A DNA stretch of 64,000 nt from an uncultured Spirochaetota bacterium (lineage in GTDB: Bacteria; Spirochaetota; Spirochaetia; SZUA-6; Fen-1364). The notes beneath the pieces are model-generated. The model saw nothing but the letters and a program-made list of their open reading frames with translations, was not told the DNA's origin and did not search any database. The stretch spans positions 256,001 to 320,000 of the forward strand of contig CAVUXE010000052.1 of the NCBI GenBank assembly GCA_963745235.1. The letters are read 5' to 3'. Positions 40,379 through 48,844 of the stretch are shown here, piece by piece. Each line of letters starts with the position of its first letter. The stretch's first letter is position 1. Both the position numbers and the translations under genes were made by a program.

Positions 40379-40579
40379 GCCTTCCTCCCCACGGCGCTCT
40401 CCTGCGCGTGTCATGCACCATTATGGTGCCGTATCTGTACTAACGTCAAGTTTATTTTGCACTCTTTTCTGACATTTTCTGCTATCGAGGTGCACCTGCG
40501 GCGGGACAAAAGGTCCTGCGGGGCCGCAAGACACGGAGCCCCTCGGCGCTCTATCATGGGGCGAGGTGGAGTGCCCGGG

Positions 40580-41302
40580 ATGCCGAAGCTCGAGATCAGC
40601 AAGGTCCATGACGCCTACGCGCAAGGAGCGGAGTGTCCGCTGTGCACGCTCATGGACGGCGCGGAGCACACGTACCTGGTCTCGTTTCAGCACTCGCGCG
40701 TCATGGAGCCTGACGTCCGCGTCAAGACCAATGCCAGCGGCTTTTGTCCTGACCACCTGGGGAAGCTCTTCCGGGGGGAGAACAAGCTTGGCCTTGGGCT
40801 CGTGATGCTCACCCATATGCAAGGAAAATCCGCCGAGCTTCGCGCAGCGCTGGATGGGCTCGTCGAAGCCGGTCGGAGCGGAGCCAGGGAGCAGACAAGG
40901 AAGATTCGGCAGATCATCGAGTCGCTTGAGGCTCTGCAGGACTCCTGCTTCATCTGCGATCTTCTGGCCCAGGACATGGCCCGGTATTCCTGGACAATCC
41001 TGTACCTCTGGAGCAAGGACAAGCAGTTTCCCGCTGTCTTTCGCGCCTCACGGGGCTTCTGCCTGAGCCACTTCTGCGCTGTCCTGGCCACCGCGCGCGA
41101 AGTATTGCGGGGAGACAGGCTGGAGCTCTGGCTGCAGGACGCAGTCCCCCTGGTGAAAAGAGCCCTGACCGGTCTTGAAGAAGACCTCCTCGCCTTCACC
41201 CAGCTTCACAGGTCGGAAAATCGAAGCCTCGGAACCGACCAGGTGCGAAGCGCGCTTGCCCGCACCCTGCAGATGCTCTCCGGGCGGATTCAGAGGCAGT
41301 AA
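40580..41302 (+). CDS. DUF6062-like protein with duplicated CxxC...GFCxxH modules
   Basis: CPLC...GFCPDH; CFIC...GFCLSH. Confidence 0.75.
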   Translation: MPKLEISKVHDAYAQGAECPLCTLMDGAEHTYLVSFQHSRVMEPDVRVKTNASGFCPDHLGKLFRGENKLGLGLVMLTHMQGKSAELRAALDGLVEAGRSGAREQTRKIRQIIESLEALQDSCFICDLLAQDMARYSWTILYLWSKDKQFPAVFRASRGFCLSHFCAVLATAREVLRGDRLELWLQDAVPLVKRALTGLEEDLLAFTQLHRSENRSLGTDQVRSALARTLQMLSGRIQRQ

Positions 41303-41311
41303 CAGGCTCCA

Positions 41312-44300
41312 CTACCTGAAATCGTGGCTTGCGCGCGCCGCTCCCTGTGCCTCGACGAAGTCAGGCTTCCAGAATGACTCGGCGATTATGTGAACCACTC
41401 CTTCGGCTACCTGGAGCCGGCCGGTGACTCCCAGCAGCCAGTTGGTCAGGATCATGGTCCGGTATTCTTTGAAGACCTTTTCCCAGACCACGAGGTTGGC
41501 AAAGCCCGTCTCGTCTTCCAGCGTCATGAACAGCACCCCTGCGGCGGTCCCCGGCATCTGCCTGCAGATGGCACACCCGGCAAGGGAAACCTTCCGTCCA
41601 TGCTCCATCCTGGCGATGCGCGCCGAGTCAGGGAGTCCCTGTTTTTCCAGGATCTCGCGGAATTGTTCCATGACGTGCCCGCGCGGGCTCTGGTCCGATG
41701 CAAGGTAATCCCAGTTGACTTCCTCAGCGGCGCTCAGGGGCTGGAAAGAAGGGGACTCTTCGAATCCCTCCACGAGAAGACGCGTGGGACGCTCGGTCTG
41801 GTCCAGCACTCCCCAAAGAGCATCACGTCGTCCTGTATCGAAGCAATCGAAAGCTCCCACCTCGGCGAGCCGCTCCATGGAGTCGCTGGGGAGCCTGCAG
41901 AGAGCCGTAAAATCCGACAGGGTCAGTGTGCGACCGCCGGCGCATCCGTCAGCGCGCCACGCGTGGATGCGGTCCCAGTCTGCTTCTCCAAGGCCTTTGA
42001 CGTAGCGCAGGCCAATGCGAACAGCATAGGGGCGGTCACCTGAGGCCTCGGGCAGGCGTTCCAGCGTGCAGTCCCAATCGCTTTGAAGGATATCGATGGG
42101 CAGGAACTTCACCGAGTGCCGCTTCGAATCATCGATGACCGTTGCTGGAGAGTAGAACCCGAATGGCCAGGCATTCAGAAGAGCGCATGCAAACACGACG
42201 GGGTAATGATGCTTGACGTATGCAGTGGCATAGGCGATGAGCGCAAAGCTTGCCGCGTGGGACTCCGGGAATCCATACTCGCCGAAGCCGAGGATCTGGC
42301 TGAAGACCCGTTCCGCGAACTCAAGCTCTATTCCTTTGGCAACCATGCGGGATACCAGCCGGTCATGATGTTGCGCGATCCTCCCGCGTTGTTTCCACGC
42401 CGCCATGTCCCGGCGGAGCTGGTCCGCCTCACCGGGCGTGTAGTCCGCCGCCACGATGGCAAGCTTCATCACCTGTTCCTGGAACAAGGGGATCCCAAGC
42501 GTCTTCTTGAGGACCGGCTCCAGACTGGGATGTGGATACGTGACCGCCTCCGTCCCCGCGCGTCTCCTGAGGTAAGGATGGACCATCCCGCCCGTTATCG
42601 GTCCTGGTCGAACCAGGCTGACTTCAATGACCAGATCGTAGTAGCTGCGAGGCTGTAACCGCGGCAGCATGGACATCTGCGCTCGACTCTCGATCTGGAA
42701 AACGCCCACAGTGTCAGCCCTGCATGTCATGGCAAACACGTCCTTGTCATCAGGCGGGATGGTGGCCAGGGAGAGGTCGGTGTGGTAGTGGCTCTTCAAC
42801 AGGCGAAACGCGTAGTCCAGGTGCGTCAACGCGCCCAGTCCAAGGAGATCCACCTTGAAGAGGTTCATGGTCTCTATGTCCGTCTTGTCCCACTGGATGA
42901 CCGTGCGGTCCTGCATGGTGGCATTCTCAATGGGGACGATCGTATCAACGGGTTCGCTGCCCAGAAGGAAACCACCCGGATGAATGGACAGGTGTCGAGG
43001 GAAGCCCGCAATCTCCTTTGTCAGGGCGATGATGTGTCCGAGGACATGCCCGGGAAGGTCGATCCCCGCTTCTTTGAACACCGCGTCAAGGTCTCCATCC
43101 CAGTGCGGAAGAAGCTTGGCGCAGTGGTCCAGAACGATCTCCGGGATGCCGAATGCCTTGCCCACTTCACGGATGGCTGACCGCGTGCGGTAGCGGACCA
43201 CGTTGGCAACCATGGCCGCGCGGTCCCTTCCGTACTTCTGGTACATGTGCTGGATGACTTCCTCCCGCCGGTTGTGCTCGATGTCGAGATCAATATCAGG
43301 CGGCTCCGCCCTCTCCCGGGACAGGAATCTCTCGAAGAGCAGGTTCATCCTCACGGGGTCCACGGACGTCACACCAAGGCAATAACAGACAACGGAGTTT
43401 GCGGCAGACCCTCTGCCCTGGCAGAGAATGCCCTTCCCCCGGCAGAACCGGACAAGCTCCCACATCGTCAGGAAATACCCGCAGTAGCCCAACTCCTCAA
43501 TGAGGGAAAGCTCCTTTTCAAGCAGGGCGCGCGCGCTGCCAGGGACGTCTCCCTGGTATCGATTCCTTGCGCCCTCCAGGGTGATGTGCCTGAGCCACCT
43601 TGCCGTGGTGAAACCCTCTGGGACTGCCTCGTCCGGGTACTTGTAGACGAGCTCTTCAAAGGAGAAGCGGCACCTGTCAGCCACGTCGAGGGAAGCCTTC
43701 ACCAGCTCAGGAGATTGGCGGTAGAGGTCCTCGAAATCAGCCGCGGACTTCAGGGCATGTTCGTCGTTTGGATTGAGCTTTGTCTGGGCCTCCCGCAAGG
43801 TAGTCCCGTGCCTGATGCACACGAGGACGTCTTGAAGCTTCCGCCGGTCCGGCACGTGGTAGAGAACTTCCGTGGCTGCGACGAGAGGCAGAGCGAACCT
43901 GGCTGCTGTCTCTCTTGTTGTGCGCTCCCGAGCCACATCATCCACCCATCGATGACGCGAGACAACGGCGAAAAGATCGTTCCCGAATGCCTCCTTGAGC
44001 GCGGCGAGCCCGCATTCGCGCAGGGACGGGCTTGCGGGATCGTTGAGCCACAGGGCGCACAGGCCGGGGGCGCGCTCAGCCACCTCTGTCCAGGAGACTG
44101 AGCACGTCCCCTTCTGATTCCTGAGGTGGCCGCGGGAGATCAGGCGGCACAGGTTGCCATACCCCACCCTGTCCCTGGCCAGCAGGACGACCGAGGAGCC
44201 ATCATCTATGGAGACCTGGGACCCGATGATGAGCCTGACCTTGCTCTGTCGCGCTGCATCGAACGCCCGCACCATCCCGTAGACGCCGTTGCGGTCAGTG

Positions 44301-44410
44301 ATGGCGATGGCCGGCAGCGCGAGCCGGGCTGCGGTTTCAACGAGCTCCTCGGTATGGCTTGCGCCTTCCAGGAACGAGAAGTTGCTCTTGCACCACAACG
44401 GGGCGTACAT
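41312..44410 (-). CDS. dnaE2: Error-prone DNA polymerase (ImuC)
   Basis: SNFSFL.GASH..ELV, GRGSAANS, PPDIDLD, HPGG, YGFPESHAASFA, TLEDETG. Confidence 0.96.
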   Translation of the reverse strand: MYAPLWCKSNFSFLEGASHTEELVETAARLALPAIAITDRNGVYGMVRAFDAARQSKVRLIIGSQVSIDDGSSVVLLARDRVGYGNLCRLISRGHLRNQKGTCSVSWTEVAERAPGLCALWLNDPASPSLRECGLAALKEAFGNDLFAVVSRHRWVDDVARERTTRETAARFALPLVAATEVLYHVPDRRKLQDVLVCIRHGTTLREAQTKLNPNDEHALKSAADFEDLYRQSPELVKASLDVADRCRFSFEELVYKYPDEAVPEGFTTARWLRHITLEGARNRYQGDVPGSARALLEKELSLIEELGYCGYFLTMWELVRFCRGKGILCQGRGSAANSVVCYCLGVTSVDPVRMNLLFERFLSRERAEPPDIDLDIEHNRREEVIQHMYQKYGRDRAAMVANVVRYRTRSAIREVGKAFGIPEIVLDHCAKLLPHWDGDLDAVFKEAGIDLPGHVLGHIIALTKEIAGFPRHLSIHPGGFLLGSEPVDTIVPIENATMQDRTVIQWDKTDIETMNLFKVDLLGLGALTHLDYAFRLLKSHYHTDLSLATIPPDDKDVFAMTCRADTVGVFQIESRAQMSMLPRLQPRSYYDLVIEVSLVRPGPITGGMVHPYLRRRAGTEAVTYPHPSLEPVLKKTLGIPLFQEQVMKLAIVAADYTPGEADQLRRDMAAWKQRGRIAQHHDRLVSRMVAKGIELEFAERVFSQILGFGEYGFPESHAASFALIAYATAYVKHHYPVVFACALLNAWPFGFYSPATVIDDSKRHSVKFLPIDILQSDWDCTLERLPEASGDRPYAVRIGLRYVKGLGEADWDRIHAWRADGCAGGRTLTLSDFTALCRLPSDSMERLAEVGAFDCFDTGRRDALWGVLDQTERPTRLLVEGFEESPSFQPLSAAEEVNWDYLASDQSPRGHVMEQFREILEKQGLPDSARIARMEHGRKVSLAGCAICRQMPGTAAGVLFMTLEDETGFANLVVWEKVFKEYRTMILTNWLLGVTGRLQVAEGVVHIIAESFWKPDFVEAQGAARASHDFR

Positions 44411-44422
44411 GAAGTGCCCGCC

Positions 44423-45877
44423 TCAGTCAACGACGCCCTGGATCCAGGACATGCCGGAGAGCCTGTCCTCGAAGAGCCAGAGAGTGCCGGCCGACGATTC
44501 CTGGAAGCAATAGCTGCGATGATAGGGAGCGTCCTCTCCCTCGGTACCCCACCATGAACCGGAGACGACAAAAGCGTGGCTGTCGGCACTGTCCTTCTGA
44601 GCAGGTCGAGCCCGTGCGGGAGTGAAAAGAATCCTTCTCACCGCCTTGAAGCCCCCGGTTCCCTCCGGGCCCCGCGAGGGGAGGATGGGCCGCGAAAGCG
44701 GCGCCCAGGAGAAAGACCTTTCCGGGAGATGGGAGTCGCGGAGCTGTGCGCTGGTCACGGAATCGTTGCCATATCTGGCGCGGATGGCAGCAAATGCCCG
44801 GGCGCCCGCCTGCAGGTCCCGGCCTTTGACGGCAAAGAGCTCCTCCTGTCTGCGAGACGGCCGCGCGCAGGCGCAGCGGATCTCTATGTCGACCACGCCG
44901 GATTGGAATTGACGGGCCGACAGGCGCAGGTGGATGAGGCGTCGCAGGAGAGGGAGCCTGAGTGTGGGGACGGCCGGGCGGATGACGTCCGTGGAGACAT
45001 CTCCTTCCTCCGTGCGGAGGATGAGGGTGAGCCCCGAAATGACCGATTTTTCCGCCTCTACGCGCCCGGCCTCTCCTGCCAGGAGCTCCTCCACGTGAGG
45101 CATGAGCAGGTTCAGATCCACCAGAGGGGCATCCAGACGTCGCCTGCACGGCGTCGACTCCTTCAAAGAAACGGGCTGAATGGGAAGCGGGTCGTCCGAG
45201 AGGATGGCGGCGCGAAGGGATCCCGCGTCTCTTCCGAAGCGCAGGACGGTCTCTCCGGCAGGGAGCGAGACAAACTGTTGCACGGTGCGGACCTCCAGCT
45301 TGCGCAGCGTGCTCTTTGTCCGCTGCGAGAGAGGGAGGATGTCGACGGGAGAACGGCTCATCAACGCCTGCTCATCCGTGGGTGATGCGAACACGCGGGA
45401 GCGTGACCGGGAGCGGGCAATGGCATACGTGCCGAAACGAGTGAACCCGACGACGACATTCACCCGAAAACCTTGCGCGGCCAGCGCATCTTCTACTGAC
45501 TTGATCCAGCGGGCCTCCGAGGCAAACAGCGAACGAAGCCCGTCCACCGACACCCAGAAGGCGTCCACATCGAACGAACAGGGCTCTATATCCGGCGTAA
45601 AGGCGGACAGGAACCTGGCGATGCTCTCTCTGGCTTCGAAGATCTTGTCAGCAGGCACGGCCCGGGCCCGCAGGGCGGGAACGAGAGAAAGGGCGCTTGC
45701 GTATCTCATTCCGGCGGCCAGCCCCTTTTCCCTGGCTTCCCTGTTCAGGGCGATTATCGGGCTCTGCGGTCTCTCCTCTTTCGTAACCGCGACGGGCGTG
45801 CCCACCCATGAGGGGTTCTCCCTCAGAAGGATCTGCAGCGGCAGGGCGCGAACGCTAATACATCCCCGAAGGGCCAT
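44423..45877 (-). CDS. imuB: ImuB, inactive Y-family polymerase
   Basis: A...G..AGM....A, FTP.IE, C-terminal G.WW...R.Y...LWLF.D...W..QG..D; cassette position. Confidence 0.85.
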   Translation of the reverse strand: MALRGCISVRALPLQILLRENPSWVGTPVAVTKEERPQSPIIALNREAREKGLAAGMRYASALSLVPALRARAVPADKIFEARESIARFLSAFTPDIEPCSFDVDAFWVSVDGLRSLFASEARWIKSVEDALAAQGFRVNVVVGFTRFGTYAIARSRSRSRVFASPTDEQALMSRSPVDILPLSQRTKSTLRKLEVRTVQQFVSLPAGETVLRFGRDAGSLRAAILSDDPLPIQPVSLKESTPCRRRLDAPLVDLNLLMPHVEELLAGEAGRVEAEKSVISGLTLILRTEEGDVSTDVIRPAVPTLRLPLLRRLIHLRLSARQFQSGVVDIEIRCACARPSRRQEELFAVKGRDLQAGARAFAAIRARYGNDSVTSAQLRDSHLPERSFSWAPLSRPILPSRGPEGTGGFKAVRRILFTPARARPAQKDSADSHAFVVSGSWWGTEGEDAPYHRSYCFQESSAGTLWLFEDRLSGMSWIQGVVD

Positions 45878-46490
45878 TGTACTGCCTTCTCTGCCGGGAG
45901 CTTGTATTCGAGCGCTTGTCTTTGACCGTGGAGATATTCACGACAAAAGGCGAGGCGCCGGACCGGCTAATGCATCCCCGCAGTGAGATTCTGGAGCCAA
46001 GGGATGGATCATGGGGGGGTTTGCGCGTCAGGAAGACTACCGCACATTGACTGCGCTCCGCGAGCTTCAGAATGCGTCCAAGTGATGCGTCATTGACGTT
46101 CCCCTGCCCCATGATGTCCACGAGGACCAGCCCCATGGCTCCTGACCCGATCAGCCATTCCGCTGCCGTCAGGGATTCGGTCTCCCCGCCCGCCCGGATG
46201 ACTGCCAGGGCGGAAAGGTCGATGCCGCGGTCACGAAGATCCGGGGGAAAGAAGATGGAGTCCGTCCCGGCAACCCATGCAACGGGCTCGTTCTGGTCCT
46301 GGGCCTCTGCAATGATCTCCGCTACAAAGCTGACCGCGCCTGACGGCGTCTCTTCAGAGATTTCCGCAAGGACCCCGACCAGGTTCTCCAGTCTCCACGA
46401 TCCCTCGGTTGGGGATTTTTTCAGTGTTGCTGCCCGGAAGACAGGGATTTCAGCAAGGGACCCCGCTCCCCTGGAACCAGTGGGAATCAC
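45855..46490 (-). CDS. imuA: ImuA, RecA-like protein
   Basis: G.L.EIS, Q...EPVAWV, FFPPDL...GIDL, SGA.GLV.VD, SLGS; GTG46490 preferred as start. Confidence 0.85.
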   Translation of the reverse strand: MIPTGSRGAGSLAEIPVFRAATLKKSPTEGSWRLENLVGVLAEISEETPSGAVSFVAEIIAEAQDQNEPVAWVAGTDSIFFPPDLRDRGIDLSALAVIRAGGETESLTAAEWLIGSGAMGLVLVDIMGQGNVNDASLGRILKLAERSQCAVVFLTRKPPHDPSLGSRISLRGCISRSGASPFVVNISTVKDKRSNTSSRQRRQYNGPSGMY

Positions 46491-46496
46491 ATGGAT

Positions 46497-46525
46497 AGGG
46501 TAACATCCGTTAAGTAGTTCGTCAA
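46497..46525 (-). promoter_or_regulatory. imuA promoter with TAAC-N4-GTTA palindrome (candidate LexA box)
   Basis: TTGACG-N17-TACCCT, 6 nt before GTG; TAACATCCGTTA at 46501-46512. Confidence 0.6.
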
Positions 46526-46552
46526 TACGCTGCGACAAGATATAGTAAGCGC

Positions 46553-47563
46553 TTGAACATGCCAGGGGGTTTCGAGCTGCTTTCTCCGGATGTCGCGCTG
46601 CGCGTCGTGGAAGAGAGCTACGGGCTGGCTCTGGACGGGACGCTTGACTCCTACTCGAGCTACGTGAACCGGGTCTACGGCATCCGTGAGGAAAACGGAG
46701 ACAGGTTCGTCGTCAAGTTCTACCGGCCCGGCAGGTGGCAGAAGGAGGCCATCCGGGAGGAGCACCAATACCTCCTCGATTGCAGCAAGGCGGAGATTCC
46801 TGTCATCTCGCCGCTGCCGGGCCTCGCGGCGGAAACTCTTCACGAGGTGAAGGTTGCCGATGGGGACGAAGAGCAGGTGTTCTTCTTCGCCCTCTTCCCA
46901 AGAACGGGCGGACGCACTTTCGAGCCGGAGACGGATTCGGACCTTCTCCGGCTGGGCGCCCTCCTGGGAAGATGCCACGCGGTGGGGGCTTCAGGAAACG
47001 CGCCCAATCGCCTTGCCTGCACCCCGCAAGCCACCACGGCCGCGTACGTCCAGGAGCTCTTGTCCGACGGCCTTGTCCACCCCAAGTGTCGGGATGATTT
47101 CGCCGCGGTGTGCGGGGAAACCCTTGAGCTCATCAGTCCCCTGTTCGCGGGCGCACCGCACCAGAGGATCCACGGAGACTGCCATCGCGGAAACATCATT
47201 GATCGGCCGGATCGCGGGCTCGTCCTCATCGATTTCGATGACATGATGATGGGTCCGCCGGTCCAGGACCTCTGGCTCATCCTTCCCGGTTCTCTCGCTG
47301 ACAGCGGCCATGAGCTGGATGTCGTCCTGGAGGCCTACTCGCGGTTTTCCCCATTCGAGACCCGGACTCTGGGCCTCATCGAGCCCCTCCGCTTCATGCG
47401 GATGATCTACTTCCTGGCCTGGCGGGCGCGCCAGCGGAACGACTTCTGGTTCCGAGAGAGTTTCCCGGACTGGGGCAATGAAGCTTTCTGGATCACGGAG
47501 ATCGAGGACCTGCGAACGCAGGCATCCGTGATCAGGGAAGGCGCCGATCTGAAACACAGGTAG
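46553..47563 (+). CDS. srkA: Stress-response Ser/Thr kinase (SrkA/RdoA/YihE)
   Basis: SY.NRVY, VKFYRPGRW...I.EEH, RIHGDCH.GN, IDFDD, P.VQDLW, IEPLR. Confidence 0.92.
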   Translation: MNMPGGFELLSPDVALRVVEESYGLALDGTLDSYSSYVNRVYGIREENGDRFVVKFYRPGRWQKEAIREEHQYLLDCSKAEIPVISPLPGLAAETLHEVKVADGDEEQVFFFALFPRTGGRTFEPETDSDLLRLGALLGRCHAVGASGNAPNRLACTPQATTAAYVQELLSDGLVHPKCRDDFAAVCGETLELISPLFAGAPHQRIHGDCHRGNIIDRPDRGLVLIDFDDMMMGPPVQDLWLILPGSLADSGHELDVVLEAYSRFSPFETRTLGLIEPLRFMRMIYFLAWRARQRNDFWFRESFPDWGNEAFWITEIEDLRTQASVIREGADLKHR

Positions 47564-47582
47564 CCGACCCGGGCGCGCTCAC

Positions 47583-47897
47583 CTACAACACGCCGGCGTG
47601 GTCATGCCGTCCCTTGACGAAGAAGTACCACATCGCCGCCATGGAGATCCCGGGCTCGCCCTCGATGACCTCTTGTATGTCTTTGATGCCGATCACCTTC
47701 GTACCCCTGTCATCCTTGATGACCTTGCCGTCGAACTCCGCAACTTTCTTGCCGTGGGAGTCCCGAAGGTTCTTCTTCTCGATCTGGCCAAAAACCGCGC
47801 CGTTGTAGGAGCGGATGGTGTCCTTCTCCACCTCTGCGAGCTTTTGTCCGGAGCTTTTCTTTATCAGGCGGCGTCCGTCGAACGTGTAATCTGCCAT
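47583..47897 (-). CDS. Small beta-hairpin repeat protein (beta-flower-like)
   Basis: Four ~16-aa repeats plus C-terminal hydrophobic helix; GGAGG RBS. Confidence 0.65.
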   Translation of the reverse strand: MADYTFDGRRLIKKSSGQKLAEVEKDTIRSYNGAVFGQIEKKNLRDSHGKKVAEFDGKVIKDDRGTKVIGIKDIQEVIEGEPGISMAAMWYFFVKGRHDHAGVL

Positions 47898-47919
47898 CTT
47901 CTCCCTCCGTTGACCTCAA

Positions 47920-48835
47920 TTATATCCCCCGAAGAAATGAACCGACAACCGCGCGCGCGGAGGCGCATCCGGCGAGCCCCAGGGTGAGATCCAGCTCGGC
48001 GATGATGTTGCCGACCGCCTCAGTGACCCCCTGTTCTCCAGCCACGGCCAGCCCATAAACGTACGGCCGCCCCACGCAGACCGCGGAGGCGCCGAGAGCA
48101 AGGGCCTTGAAGACATCCGCTCCGCCGCGCACCCCGCTGTCGAGCAGGACGGGGACACGCCCGCGGGCGACCTTCACAATCTCCACCAGGGCGTCCAGCG
48201 ACGCGATGGCCCCGTCCACTTGTCGACCCCCGTGGTTTGACACTATGAAGCCATCCACGCCGCGGTCGATCGCGGTGGCGGCATCGTCAGGATGCAGAAT
48301 GCCCTTCAACAATATCGGCAACCGGGTATGGCGGCGCAGGAGCTCCAGGTCCTCCCAGCGAAGCGACGGACGTGAGTACGAGGCCAGGAACATCCGCACG
48401 GCCTCCCGCGGCTCGCGCGACCGGAGGTTGCGGAGCAGGCCGCCGGGAAAGTGGGCTTTCTGCTGGAGCGCGACCACCACGGAACGAAGATTTATGGGCG
48501 GATTCCCGGCCGCAGGATCCGGCGCGGCCTTCGGCCGCCGGGAAGCCTCGCGCTTCACCTCGGCCCGGAACACCGGGTCGCTCGTGTACTGGGCCAGGCC
48601 CTCCCCGCGGAGAAACGGCAGAGATGCCAGCTCGAGGTCACGAGGGCGCCAGCCGAGCATCGTCGTGTCCAGGGTCAGGACGATTGCCGAACAGCCGCAG
48701 TCCTCGGCGCGGCGAACGAAGCTCGCGACGAGCTCATCCAAACGGCTCCAATAGAGCTGGAACCACCGCGGAGCGTCCTTTCGGGCGCCCTCCATTTCCC
48801 GCGCGCATCGCTCCATAGGAACGGAGGCCTGGTTT
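47920..48835 (-). pseudogene. N-terminally truncated FMN alpha-hydroxy-acid oxidase (lactate 2-monooxygenase-like)
   Basis: Homology begins at NQASVPME; [44 protein letters not shown]; the family N-terminus is absent. Confidence 0.75.
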
Positions 48836-48844
48836 CGACCGACA

